DNA from: Octopus vulgaris
Lineage: Eukaryota
Assembly: GCA_951406725.2 (NCBI GenBank)
Contig: OX597818.1
Coordinates: 56,730,001 to 56,794,000, forward strand
Direction: 5' to 3'
Length of the DNA: 64,000 nucleotides
The notes under the pieces are model-generated. The model saw nothing but the letters and a program-made list of their open reading frames with translations. It did not search any database and was not told the origin of the DNA. Shown here in pieces: positions 39,603-53,303 of the stretch. The position numbers were made by a program, and so were the translations under genes. The number at the start of each line of letters is the position of its first letter. Position 1 is the stretch's first letter.

Positions 39603-40163
39603 AAAATATAATATAATAATTATGAGCCAAGTGTTAGGGTCAATGTAACTATTTCCCTCACCCAGAAATTGCTGGCCTTGTGCCATAATTTGAAACCATT
39701 AAGAAACTGATGCTCAGAACATAAATTAACATGAAAATATAATAGAAGGCTTTTAATTTTTTTTTTTTATCTACCAGGGCTTAGATTCCTCATATGAGGG
39801 TGTAGCAGCACCAAGACACACACCAGGTATTCCATTCATTTCCCAGCTCAAAGAGGGGAGCCCCGTCCTATGCTCGGGTCAATGCATAGAAAGCAACCCC
39901 CAGTATCAGCAGCAGGGTCCAATAGCATATGCTGGTTTACCCTGCTGCATCATGCTGGTTCTATACCCCCTTTGAGCAACATCAATTCACTCATCCATCC
40001 ATGAACACTCTCCAAGCTTTCCTGTCTCACTCCACCATCTCTAACCACCAAAGCTTTCCTCACTCCATCCATCCACACAAACCAAAGGGCTGGGAATCCA
40101 CTCCTCCTAGTAAAAATGTTTCTAAAAACACAAGAAACAAGTTAGGCTTTAATTTAGATCACA

Positions 40164-41118
40164 TTAACCCTTTCGTTACCATATTTATTCTGAGATGCTC
40201 TGTGTTTCTTTCAATTAATTTTAGATATAACAAAGAATTTAGTAAAATAACTTACTTAACATTAAGCTAGTGTTAGGAACATAAATTGTGACTAAGGTTT
40301 GGTGGAAGATTTTAATTCAGAACTTTTGAAAACATGACATTTGTATTACAGAGCCAGGGGTGGTTTCAGTCAGGTTGGTATCAAAAGGGTTAAATTCATC
40401 ATTTGCTAACCCTTTCGTTGCCGTATTTCTGTTGAGATGCTCTGTGTTTCTTTCAATTAATTTTAAATATAGCAAAGAATTTAGTAAAATAACTTAGTTA
40501 TCATTAAGCTAGTGTTAGGAACATAAACCGTGACTAAGGTTTGGTGGAAGATTTTTATTCAGAACTTTTGAAAACAAGACATTTCTACTACAGAGCCAGA
40601 GGCGGTTTTGGTTGGGTTGGTATCAAAAGGGTTAAATTAATCATTTGTTAACCCTTTCGTTACCATATTTATTTTGAGATGATCTGTGTTTTTTTCAATT
40701 AATTTAAATCTAACAAAGAATTTAGTAAAATAACTTACTTAACATTAAGCTAGTGTTAGGAATATAAATTGTGACTAAGCTTTGGTGGAAGGTTTTAATT
40801 CAAAACTTTTGAAAACATGACATTTGTATTACAGAGCCAGGGGTGGTTTCAGTCAGGTTGGTATCAAAAGGGTTAAATTAATCATTTGCTAACCCTTTCG
40901 TTGCTGTATTTCTGTTGAGATGCTCTGTGTTTCTTTCAATTAATTTTAAATATAACAAAGAATTTAGTAAAATAACTTAGTTATCATTCAGCTAGTGTTA
41001 GGAACATAAATTGTGACTAAGGTTTAGTGGAAGATTTTAATTTATAACTTATGAAAACTAGACATTTGTACTACAGAGCTGAAGGTGGGTTCAGTTGGGT
41101 TGGTATCAAAAAGGCTAA
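40164..41118. mobile_element. piggyBac-type MITE tetramer (period 241-242 bp)
   Basis: Units start at 40168, 40410, 40652, 40893; TIR ccctttcgttacca/tggtatcaaaaggg; TTAA or CTAA at each end. Confidence 0.9.
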
Positions 41119-41249
41119 AGCAAGAATCTTGTTCTATACAGCCAAGTCTCTGGCAGGTTGGTATTAAAAGACTTAATACTTTATCTCAACACTTTTCTGC
41201 TTGGTTAAAAAGGTTATGACAACACTGTTTTATTTTTTATTTTTATCTT

Positions 41250-41527
41250 TTATTGGTTTCAGTCATTAGAATGTGGCCATGCTGGGGCACTGCCATGAAG
41301 AATATTTTCTTTTTAGTCAAATGAATTGATCCCAGTACTTTTACTTTTTTTTTCAAGCCTGGTACTTATTATTCTATCAGTCTCTTTTGCTGAACCACTA
41401 AGTTACAGAAACATAAACACACTGCCACCAGCTGTCTAGCGGTGGTGGGGGACAAACACAAAGATATACATACATACATCCATCCATGTGTGTGTGTGTA
41501 TGTATACACATGCACACACACATACGT

Positions 41528-41576
<49 letters not shown>

Positions 41577-41895
41577 TATACCGGAGTAAGCACATAAATG
41601 TGAAACAAGGTGGAAAAAAGAGTACTCAAATACCAGAGGTAGAGTAATATGCTTTATTTAAAAGCAGCAGAAATATAACAAAAGCTGTTACTCGGAGTTT
41701 CACGTTTCTGTTCGTCGGACATTTTTAACAAATATATATATATACAACAGGCTTCTTTCAGTTTCTGTCTACCAAAACCACTCACAAGGCTTTGGTTGGC
41801 CTGAGGCTATAGTAGAAGACAATTCACCCAAGGTTCCATGCAGTGGGACTGAACCTGGAACCACGTGGTTGGCAAGCAAGCTTCTTAGCACACAT
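41250..41895 (-). mobile_element. SINE family A with a 150-bp insert (41581-41731) in its internal (TA)n
   Basis: The insert matches 63879-63955 and carries a CCGACGA..GAAACTC motif on the minus strand. Confidence 0.8.
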
Positions 41896-42782
41896 CAACA
41901 CTTGCACCTCCACACAGCCAGACATTCTTCTATCTTTCAAGCATTAGTTGAAATAACTCTACACCAATACATTCAACATTCCAGTGCAAGGTCACACAGT
42001 TAAAAACAACAGCACTCACTTGACCTTCTTCTAACTTGACGTAATTGTGATAGAAACTAGACCACGACTGTTGGCTAATAGTTGAAGATTGTTGAAATGT
42101 AGTCATGCATAGCTGACTGAGTTTTCTTATGGATGCAATCTAGGCTGTGTTATGTTTATTTACGTGGTAAGTAGAAGTGTCTCAGATGTGACATTTGCGA
42201 TCCTTAGTAGGTCTTGCTCGAGGCTTTTAGAATTTCAGCTACATTTTGGAGCCCAGCTATTATCTGGCTCTAAAGGGAAACGATCATAATCATCATTATC
42301 CTCTTCCTCCTCCTCACTATCATTGTTGTCATCATCACCATCATCATCATAATTATATATATCATGTATATATACTCTTTTACTCTTTTACTTGTTTCAG
42401 TCATGTGACTGTGGCCATGCTGGAGCACCACCTTTACTCGATCAAATCGACCCCAGGACTTATTCTTTGTAAGCCTAGTACTTATTTTATCAGTCTCTTT
42501 TTTGCCGAACCGCTAAGTTACGGGGACGTAAACACACCAGCATCGGTTGTCAAGCGATGTTGGGGGGACAAACACACACATATATATATACATATATATA
42601 CGACGGGCTTCTTTCAGTTTCCGTCTACCAAATCCACTCACAAGGCTTTGGTCGGCCCGAGGCTATAGTAGAAGACACTTGCCCAAGGTGTCACGCAGTG
42701 GGACTGAACCCGAAACCATGTGGTTCGTAAGCAAGCTACTTACCACACAGCCACTCCTACACCTCCATATATATATTATATG

Positions 42783-42833
<51 letters not shown>

Positions 42834-42835
<2 letters not shown>

Positions 42836-43625
42836 GATGATGATATATTACACCATTCATTAATCGGTGTGCATTCAAAACAATAATTAGTATATTTACG
42901 AAACCGGTATGCTTTTAAATCTCTTTAACAATTCATAATGATGACTTTTATTACTCTTATTCCTACCTCAGTTCATCTAATTGTATATATATCTATCGTT
43001 ACTTTTCATAAAAAAAAACCTTTATTTTTTTTATTTCCATTGTGCATTTTCGCTTATTTTTCTTCTTACTTTCCCTTATATTTCCACGTGTAGTTTCTAT
43101 TTTCTTTTTATAACATATTTCTATTATATCATCATCATCATTGTTTAACGACCGTTTTCTGTGCTAGCATGGGTTTGACGGTTTGACCAGGGTCTGGAAA
43201 GCCAGGAGGCTGCACCAGGCTCCAGTCTGATCTGGCAGTGTTTCTACAGCTGGATGCCCTTCCTAACGCCAACCACTCTGTGAGTGTAGTGAGTGCTTTT
43301 TACGTGCCAGGGGAGGCTGGAAGCAGCCACAATCGGTTGGTGCTTTTTACGTGGCACCAGCACAACTACTATTTCCATTTGATATTTATTTTGATGTTGA
43401 TGTACTTGACTCAATAGGTCTCCTAATTTTTTAATTTTTAACTTTTATATTTTTAAATTAATTTTATGTATTGGCTTATGTTTTTCACTGTTTGATTTGC
43501 CTAATAGTGGTTTTATCTCTAATTTAATATAATATAATATAATATATTTATACTATAAAATTAGATTTAATCCTAAATCTAATTTTTCCCTGTAAGTTTG
43601 GATTTATTCCCTAATATTATTATTA
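42834..43625 (+). mobile_element. AT-rich (TA)n-flanked element with 5'-clipped hammerhead, interrupted by SINE D
   Basis: aTGATGA..atatat/tatat..GAAACCGGTA at 42834-42909 (palindromic stem III, GUA triplet); stem I is not formed. Confidence 0.5.
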
Positions 43626-44403
43626 TATATATATATATATATGTGTATATATATATATATGTATATATGTATATGAAACTGAGATGACAACATTCTTCCT
43701 GAACGGGATGTCACTCCATCACAGAGTTACCCATTTGCAGGTGAGTGGACTGGACCAGTGTGAAAAAAAGCGTTTTGCTCAAGAACACAACTCACCACCT
43801 GGGGCAAGAATTGAAACCACAAACTTGCAATTGTGAAAGCAACACTCTCATCACCTGGCCAAACACCTTCTTCTAAAAAGAAGGCTGGTCTTATTTGTTG
43901 GTCAACACCGTGCGTTAGTAAGGCTTATAGCATCTGAATTTTAATCCCTTCTGTGTTGACCATCTGTAACGTTACACGCATTTGATCAATCACAGGTATG
44001 ATAATTGATCACATTCTGATTGTCTGTGTGTCTATCACCTGTTTATGTGTGAAGACAAACAAGATAGATGCAGCACACCTGTTAATAAACCCAACAACAC
44101 CTTGAAATCGAATGCTTGGCTGTTTCCATTTGAAATTACTGTTTACACAATGGCTAAAGTATATTTACAAACTGAGCGTAATCTTTTCAGGTAATCACAT
44201 ATTGACGTGTTCTTCAGGTATGGCTCTGTTATCGCTGCAGGCATGGCAGTCTGGTTAAGAAGCTTGGTGCGCAATCGCGTAGTTTTGGGTTCAGTTCCAC
44301 TGCACAGCATCTCGGGCAAGTGTCTTCTATTAAGACCCTGGGTCAATTTATTCAACCAATGCTTTGTGAGTGAATTTGGTTCACAGAAACTGTGTAGAAG
44401 CCC

Positions 44404-44435
<32 letters not shown>

Positions 44436-44437
<2 letters not shown>

Positions 44438-44827
44438 CGCAGGAGTGGCTGTGTGGTAAGTAGCTTGCTTACCAACCACATGGTTCTGGGTTCAGTCCCG
44501 CTGCATGGCACCTTGGGCAAGTGCCTTCTACTATAGCCTTGGGCTGACCAAAGCCTTGTGACTGGATTTGGTAGACGGAAACTGAGAGAAGCCCATCGTA
44601 TATATGTATATATGTTTGTGTGTCTGTGTTTGTACCTCCCGACATTGCTTGACAATGGATGCTGATGTGTTTATGTCCCTGTAACTTAGCGGTTTGGCAA
44701 AATAGACCGATAGAATAAGTACTAGGCTTACAAAGAATAAGTCCTGGGGTCGATTTGCTTGACTAAAGGCGGAGCTTCATCATGGCCACAGTCAAATGAC
44801 TGAAGCAGGTAAAAGAGTAAAAGAGTA
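44436..44827 (+). mobile_element. SINE family A full length
   Basis: Consensus match. Other plus copies: 44238-44405, 48918-49366, 54205-54527. Confidence 0.92.
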
Positions 44828-44883
44828 TATATATAAGCAATTAGAAATCTGTGAGTGAGCTATAAACAGTAGCAGTGCGACAT

Positions 44884-45297
44884 CGTGAAATATATTTGCC
44901 ACCTAAATGTGGCTAACCCCTAAGGTTAGATGCTACTGTAGCTTGTAGCCCCAGGAAGACATCTCCTCCAGCTCGCTATTGACACACTTTCTGTGCCCTA
45001 GCAGTATTTGCAAAGGGAAGTCACTGGAAAAAGTGTATAGATATTTGCATTGGGAATCACTTCACATCGCCAGTCGGTGATTGTTACATGCTGATGACGG
45101 GTCAATACCCAGAAACTCGGGTCCGTGTGTATCACGTCAGGTTGGAGATGGGAAGGATGGCTTCCTTTTGCAAATACTGATAGGGCACAGGAAGTGTGCC
45201 AATAGCGAGCTGGAGGATATGTCTTCCTGGGGCTACAAGCTACAGCAGCATCAACCCTTAAGAGTTTGCCACATTTAGGTGGCAAATATATTTCATG
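44884..45297. mobile_element. Foldback MITE with ~140-bp TIRs
   Basis: 44884-45022 is the reverse complement of 45158-45297 with scattered mismatches; right end abuts (TA)n. Confidence 0.9.
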
Positions 45298-45548
45298 CTA
45301 TATATATATATATATATAGGTAAACAGTAAAAATAATTACAGACATGGACAAGAACATGAAACGCCACAGAGACGACACAAGAACCACAGGACGGGACAT
45401 TCGAAGCCCTCAGTCATCAGTCAAGAACCAGATCATCTTAGCAATTTCGGCTGATTAATCTTGAGATTGCTCCGATATGGGCAGCCCGCCACGGGAAATC
45501 TAAGCCAAGTGCATTATATGTACATACATACATACATATTATATATAT

Positions 45549-45718
45549 ATCGCTAGCCACTACACATTCTTTATTTTCTCTCCTTTCTGTGGAAGAGTGT
45601 AGGCTCGAAATGTTAAGACTTTTTTACTTCCCGAGCTTTATACTAATACATCTGTTTATTGTCTACACCACCTGTCTTCGTCTTTTGATTTTTGTGAATT
45701 CTCCTTATATATATATGT

Positions 45719-45749
<31 letters not shown>

Positions 45750-45939
45750 CATACGTAGTTAGAATTTACAAAAAATCAAAAACAAGATGAAGACAGGTGT
45801 GTAAAGAACAAACAGGTGTATTAGTTTAACGCTCGAAAAGGTGAGAAAGTCTTTTGTTTCGAGCCTATGCTCTTCAACAGAAAGAAACACGAGAAAATAA
45901 ACAGAGAGAGAATAAAAAAAAACCTTAGTGGCTAGCGAT
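45549..45939. mobile_element. Inverted pair of a short repeat with hammerhead-like motif, separated by a TA/CA microsatellite
   Basis: 45549-45702 vs 45761-45939; motif ttgaagagcataggctcgaaac on the minus strand at 45856-45880. Confidence 0.75.
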
Positions 45940-47166
45940 TGATCATGGCGATACATACTTACATACATACATATATATATATCATTGTCATAATCATCAT
46001 CGTTTAGCATCCGCTTTCCATGCTAGCATGGGTTGGACGGTTCAACTGGGGTCTGGGAAGCCAGAAGGCTGCACCAGGTCCAGTTTGATCTGGCAATGTT
46101 TCTACAGCTGGATGCCCTTCCTAATGCCAACCACTCTATGAGTGTAGTGGGTGCTTTTTACGTGACACCGGTACAGGTGCCAGACGAGTCTGGCAAACGG
46201 CCACGATTGGATGGTGCTTTTTATGTGCCACCGGCACAGGGGCCAGGCGAGGCTGGCAACGGCCACGAACGGATGGTGCATTTTACGTGCCACCGGCACT
46301 GTGTGAACTACGATGAAAAATATGAGAAAGATATTGTATATAATATTTTTTTTTTGTGCAGGGGTTCCTTGAGGTGTAATTTATTTTAAGGGTCATGCAA
46401 GGGTAAAAACGTTGAGAAATACTGGTCCAAAGAGTAAAGCAAAAGATAAATGCTATCATCACCACCACCACCAGCACCATCATCATCATCATCTTTAAGC
46501 ATCTGTTTTCCATGCTGGCATGGTTGGACAGTTTGACAAGATCTCATGAGCTGCTGGACTGCATTAGGCTCTGATGTTGGCTTTGCCATGGTTTCTGCTG
46601 TCGGATGTTCTTCCTAATCGCAACCACTTTACGAAGAATGGTGTGTGTTTTTTTTTTCTCTCTCCACACTAGCAGTAGTAAGGTTGCCAAATAAATTGTG
46701 AGACAATGAAAAGAAAGGAAAAAGCACTCCCCACCATCACCGCCGACGCCGTCCAAGAATTTGGACCTGGAGATCTCCATTTCCAGCGACTTCAAGGGAG
46801 GGTCACCTCCCAGTGGTGTCGGGTGTTAACGAAGAGCCCTCGACTACAACAAGACTACCAAAGTTTTTTTTTTTTCCCAAGTTCTGGGGTCTCCCGCCCC
46901 TAAGCCCTAGACCATCACCTAATCACCCTTACCCATCTTGTTGCTTAACAACAGCAACAACAATCACCACCGACTGGGTGGTTGTGTATATTTGAGCAGT
47001 GGGTGGCTGGGGGCAGTTTTATGCCAGGTGTTGAAGGTTAAGGAATAATAGGGGGACAAGCAAAGGTGCCTTACTATAGAGGAGATGCTCGACTAGCCTG
47101 CATTATATGAGGGTGGGTGAGAGTACCCCCCCCCCCCGGAAGGAAGATAAAGATGATGACAACAAG

Positions 47167-47209
47167 ATGGCAGAAGTGTGCCCTTCATGTACTCTCAGAG
47201 TACATGAAG
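47167..47209 (+). CDS. Candidate first coding exon MAEVCPSCTLRVHE (phase 1)
   Basis: aagATGG Kozak context, consensus donor AAG|GTGAGT, unique sequence, possible upstream acceptor ttttatgccAG at 47027. Confidence 0.5.
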
Positions 47210-47449
47210 GTGAGTATAAGGGGGGTATACAGCTTGTGGATCAGTGGGGAAAAGGGTGGATGATATATATCTACACACATATCTATGTATGTATATATGT
47301 ATGTGTGTATGTATGAATATATGTATGTATGTCTCTCTCTCTCTCTCTCTCTCTATTTGTCTATCTGTCTATTTGTCTATCTGTCTATTTGTCTATCTCT
47401 CTCTCTCTCTTTTGCTCCCTGTCTATCTATCTATCTATCTGTCTATCTG

Positions 47450-47535
<86 letters not shown>

Positions 47536-47540
47536 ATCTG

Positions 47541-47584
<44 letters not shown>

Positions 47585-47915
47585 CCCATCTATTTATTCA
47601 TGTATGTATTTACGTACGCGTATGTATGTATGTATGTATGTATGTATGTATTTACTTACGTGTATGTATATACGTACGTACGTACGTCTTTACGCATGTA
47701 GTGTTGGTTTAATAAGTCATGCTCATATCTATATTGCTTCTGGTGGCCTGAGGACTCTGATAAGGAGTCACCAGGTGTAGTGAATGAATTATAAACATCG
47801 GTGAATACTAGTAATAGTAATATGAGTATTTTTGATTGTCTATTTGGTTGTTGGAGTTTCTTTTTGTCTTCTTACTAAACATTCATATATTGTCTTTGGC
47901 GAGAGAGAGTCCATT

Positions 47916-47952
<37 letters not shown>

Positions 47953-48116
47953 TACATACATACACACATACATACATAGTCAAATGTTTTGCGTTTTATT
48001 CCACTGTGATATCTTGTACAAATGTTATTTTCTCTCGCTGAAGTCTGAACTAGGTTCCAAGTACTTTAACCAAACCCTTACTCTAGCGCCAAAAGGCACT
48101 GTCTTGTCAACAACGA

Positions 48117-48278
48117 CAGGGACGGACCCAAAAGGTAGGGGTCCTGAGGGGCACGTGCCCCACTCAAGGAAAGAAGTGTGCCCTTCTAAATAATGCTATT
48201 ACGCCCCTTTTCTTCCTGGAGTTGTATCCCCTTCTGTTCTTGTTCCCTCCTTTCGAAAAATTCCTGGGATCGCACCTG
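48117..48278. mobile_element. Possible short TIR element
   Basis: cagggacggaccca / tgggatcgcacctg imperfect TIRs. Confidence 0.3.
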
Positions 48279-49063
48279 AATGATATAGTAAAAAGATTTG
48301 AGGGAATTGATGGGCAATTACATCAAGGCCAGTGCTTGCGTGGTACACATTTGATTGACCTAGGAAGGGTGAAGATCGACCTAGGTTGGATTCGAACTCG
48401 GAACGTAAAAAGGCAAAATTAAACCACTGCAAATAATATATCTGATGTATTGGCCTACTGTTCCTGCCATTTGCTGATATCTATACTACTACAACTTCTA
48501 CACCACCACCAAAACCACTACCACTATTACCGCTACTACTACAACCACCAAAACTATTACTACTACTACTACAACTACTGCTGCTGCTGTTGCTGCAGCT
48601 GCAAGTAACGATTTCTAATATTCACACATGGTCAGAAAATCGTAGGGAGGAATATAATCGATTTCATCGATCACTGCACTTGAATAGTACACATTTTATC
48701 GATCTTAAAAGGATGAAAGGCGAAGTCAACCTGGGCGAGATTCGAACTCAGAACGTTGCAGCCAAAATGTTGCATGTCATTCTATTTGCTGTTTCTGTCT
48801 ATCCTTTTAAATGCATTAATGAAAACAAAACCAAATCCAACGCCAATCATTTTTCTTTTAAAAGACGAAAATAAACCAGAATGGTCATAAGTTAATATTT
48901 ATTAACGATAAGTTAATGGTAAGTAGCTTGCTAACCAACCACATGGTTCCGGGTTCAGTCCCACTGCGTGGCATCTTGGGCAAGTGTCTTCTGCTATAGC
49001 CCCGGGCCGACCAATGCCTTGTGAGTGGATTTGGTAGGCGGAAATTGAAAGAAGCCTGTCGTA

Positions 49064-49152
<89 letters not shown>

Positions 49153-49374
49153 TTATTTGTGTGTCTGTGTTTGTCCCCCTAGCATTGCTTGACAACCGAT
49201 GCTGGTGTGTTTATGTCCCCGTTACTTAGCGGTTCGGCAAAAGAGACCGATAGAATAAGTACTGGGCTTACAAAAAGAATAAGTCCCGGGGTCGAGTTGC
49301 TCGATTAAAGGCGATGCTCCAGCATGGCCGCAGTCAAATGACTGAAACGAGTAAAAGAGTAAAGAGATGAAATT

Positions 49375-50240
49375 TGTGGTCGCTTGATTTGCTAGAAATA
49401 ACAGCCAAACATTCTTTCATATAAGATATTACTGTATTAAAAGAGGAAGGCATTGTGGTTGATGTAATTCTAGAGGCATTATCTCTGGGGGAAAAAACTG
49501 GTTACGTCTAAAAATGCCTTTCATTACAGGTTCGCTGGTGCAGGGCCGACCGGGGGCTAAACAAAGAAATCCATAAATATACAGAGGATCCTCTACGTGA
49601 TCACACGACATAGTAGAAATAACAACCAAACAGCTCTCAAATTAGGTATTACTGTATTAAAAGTGAAGGGCAGAGTGGTTAAATTAATTCCAGATGCCTA
49701 ATGCCTGGGGAAAAATGCGTCTTAAATGCGTTTGATTATAAATAGGTTCGCTGGGGGTAGGGCTGACCTGGGGCTAAACAAAGAAATCTATAAATATACA
49801 GAGGATCCTCTATGTGGTTACATGACATGGTAGAAATAACAGCCAAACAGCTCTCAGATTAGGTATTACTGTATTAAAAGAGAAGGGCGGAGTGGTTAAA
49901 TTAATTCCAGATGCCTAATGCCTGGGGAAAAAATGCGTCTTAAATAGTTGTAGGGCCGACCGGGGGCTAAACAAAGAAATCCATAAATAAACAGAGGATC
50001 CTCTACGTGGTCACATGACATGGTAGAAATAACAGCCAAACAGCTCTCAAATTAGGTATTACTGTATTAAAAGAGAAGGTCCGAGTGGTTAAATTAATTC
50101 CAGATGCCTAATGCCTGGGGAAAAAATGCGTCTTAAATGCGTTTAAGGGTGTAGGGCTGACCTGGGGCTACACAAAGAACTGCATGAACAAACGGAGAAG
50201 CCTGTATGTGGTCGCACAAAGGACCTGTTAGAAATAGATG
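49375..50240 (+). repeat. Tandem array (~4 units, 193-217 bp) of a dispersed SINE-like repeat (family E)
   Basis: gaggatcctcta at 49584, 49801, 49994; core tagaaataacagccaaa..gctgacctggggctaaac. Decayed solo copies at 2325-2515, 14200-14350, 27860-28000, 30405-30470, 51945-52605. Confidence 0.85.
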
Positions 50241-51415
50241 CTAAATCACATCACATGTTAAATAAACAGAAGGAACACGTTGTACAATGGTTAGTGGTTG
50301 AGGATATTATACAAGACGATAGTCTGTATCTATTTATATAATATCATATTTACATAATACTAGATCGTCATTGATCAATGGTCTTGTTCAAGACATCAAC
50401 AACGGTGGAATATCTTAATGATTGTGTAATATTCTTTGAAAATTCTTTCGGTTTTTCACAGAACATATTTCCTTTATAGACAGGAAAAGGACAATTATGT
50501 TAAAGTATGCAGTTTTTTTCTTTAAACCTCACCCCTCCTTTAACATTTTTTTTTTTTAATTATTATTTTGCCCTAAAAACCCGTTTTGAGATTTTTGTTT
50601 TGAATATCAGAATTGAGCGTAATTTCTTTTATTTTCTCTTAAATTAGACTTTTGTGATTTTCAATTGCTTTCTATTTTTAAAAAAACGTATCCGTTTACG
50701 ATATAAATAAAGTATTGTTTGGTGTGAATATATAAATATACAGGCTCACCTCATCTTACGTCGTTTCTAGTTTTTCTCTCTATATTACGATGTTTCGAGT
50801 TACGTCTTTTTTCTAATTTACGTCGTTTTTATTTTAAAGAAATTAATGGAAAATAGACTCCAACTTCAGTCGACTTATCCGACTACGGTTTTGAGTCAAT
50901 ATATTGAACGTTTTTAATATATTAAACGTTTTTTTTAAAAATCACATAAAAAACTACTAGTGTAGTAGAAAATTAAATAAAATATGTATGAAAATACTTG
51001 AAAACCATTAATTAAAACAGATATTGGTTAATAAATGTTTAAAAATGCTTTTTTCGTATTACGTCGTTTTTCGACTTAAGTCACGTGTTTGCAACCAATT
51101 TCCGACGTAAGCTGAGGTATTCATGTGTTTTGAATTGCATTCGGAATGAATGAATGGATGAATACGGTTCGTGTTCATACATTTCTACGACAATCTATGA
51201 ACATATTTTGTTTACTTCTTGTAATTAGATTTTCATCCTTAATAAATTAAAACAACGGCATCGTAAATTTTTGGAAAACGCATCGGTTATATTTTATTAA
51301 TTGCTTTCATTATTTGATTACACAATACTACTTCGGTTCTTTTGAAAACCAAAACACAATTAATGCATAATATACATTTATAAAGCACTGGATTGAAGGC
51401 CATGGTAATTTTTGT

Positions 51416-51449
<34 letters not shown>

Positions 51450-51526
51450 TGTTCGTGTATGTGTGTGTGCGTGTAATATGTAAATGTATTATGTATGTAT
51501 GTATCCATCCATCTATCCATCCATCC

Positions 51527-51605
<79 letters not shown>

Positions 51606-52016
51606 CATCTATCTATTTAAGTGCTTTCTATTTACCAATAAAAATCTTGAAAAATGGAATTTTTGCCAGTTCTCTGATTCTTTGATGTTTTTAAAACGAA
51701 AACCTGAAGAATTTTTATCATTTTTTTTTCAAAGGCATGACAAATAAGTTGGATGGAGGTGGGCTGGAAGTTAAAAAAAAATCTATGCTTAAAGGAGCAA
51801 GTGCACAAAAATATTGAAAAATATTAAAAACAACAAAAAAATCATCGAGGATCTTACAAACATTTTCGGTTTTTCTTCAAGAAAAATTTCGATTGGAAAA
51901 TCGACAGATTACGTAATTTTTCATCATCATAGCACTATTTTTACGCAGTCGTTCAACCTGCTAGAAATAGAAGCGAACTCTTCCTCAACTCTTACCCTTC
52001 TGCCTTAAAGCATGCA

Positions 52017-52101
<85 letters not shown>

Positions 52102-52146
52102 CTCTGTCTATCTATCTATCTCTCTGTCTATCTATCTATCTCTCTG

Positions 52147-52245
<99 letters not shown>

Positions 52246-52434
52246 GTCTATCTATCTATCTCTCTGTCTATCTGTCTATCTATCTATCTCTCTGTCTATC
52301 TGTCTCTCTGTCTATCTGTCTATCTATCTCTCTGTCTATCTATCTATCTCTCTGTCTATCTGTCTCTCTGTCTATCTATCTATCTCTCTGTCTATCTGTC
52401 TCTCTGTCTATCTATCTGTCTGTCTATCTCTCTG

Positions 52435-52466
<32 letters not shown>

Positions 52467-53056
52467 CCTATCTATCTAGGACACATCCAAAAAAATGTAG
52501 TCCCTGTTATAAAATAATCAGGACGGTCACGGTTGGAACACTTTTGATGATAGGTTTTTTCCCGCATCTCTCAGGGTTGACCTAGTGCCAAATGACAAAC
52601 AACAATAGTAGAAGTACCGAAATTCTTAAACTCGCTTCAATTCACCGAAATCTCAACCATTACATCTTCTATCGTTCCTCCTCTCTTTCCTTCCCCATCC
52701 ACTCACCTCCCCTCTCTCTCTCTGTCTCTCGTTCTCTCTCACTCTCCCTCTTTCTTTCTCTCTCTAGCTACTAATGGTGGTGGTGGTGGTGGTGGTGGCT
52801 CATACACCACTGCCATCACCATTGTGACACCATTTCTGGCTGGCATTGTTAAAATTCTCTTCTGTTCCTGCGATTCATCTCAGTGATTCACTTATTTCCT
52901 CTTTCATCCAGTCTCTCTCTCTCTCTCTCTCGCTCTCTCTCTCTCTCTCCCTCTCTCTCTCTCTTACTCTCCCTCTGTGTATACATATACCTATACATCA
53001 ATATGAATAAGCTATATAGAAACACACACACACACACACACACACACGCACGCACG

Positions 53057-53097
<41 letters not shown>

Positions 53098-53303
53098 ATA
53101 TACACGCACGCACACACACGAATTTGTATTAAGTGCTTGCATTCGCGATCAGATTCGTTTAGAATCGAAACTGAATTAACTCCCAATGAAGAATAAAAAA
53201 AACAAAACAAAGCAAAACAAAACAAAGTACAGTTATTACTGAAATATGAAGTACTTCATTTTGTACTCGTAAACCTTGTTCTTGCAAACAAAATCACAAG
53301 AAT

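Noticed and set aside
39790-40110. Possible LINE 3' remnant (minus-strand DRKAWRVF)
   Set aside because: Too short and decayed to assign.
46716-46830. CpG-rich stretch encoding HSPPSPPTPSKNLDLEISISSDFKGGSPPSGVGC*
   Set aside because: No start codon or acceptor in frame; could be UTR or promoter but unsupported as CDS.
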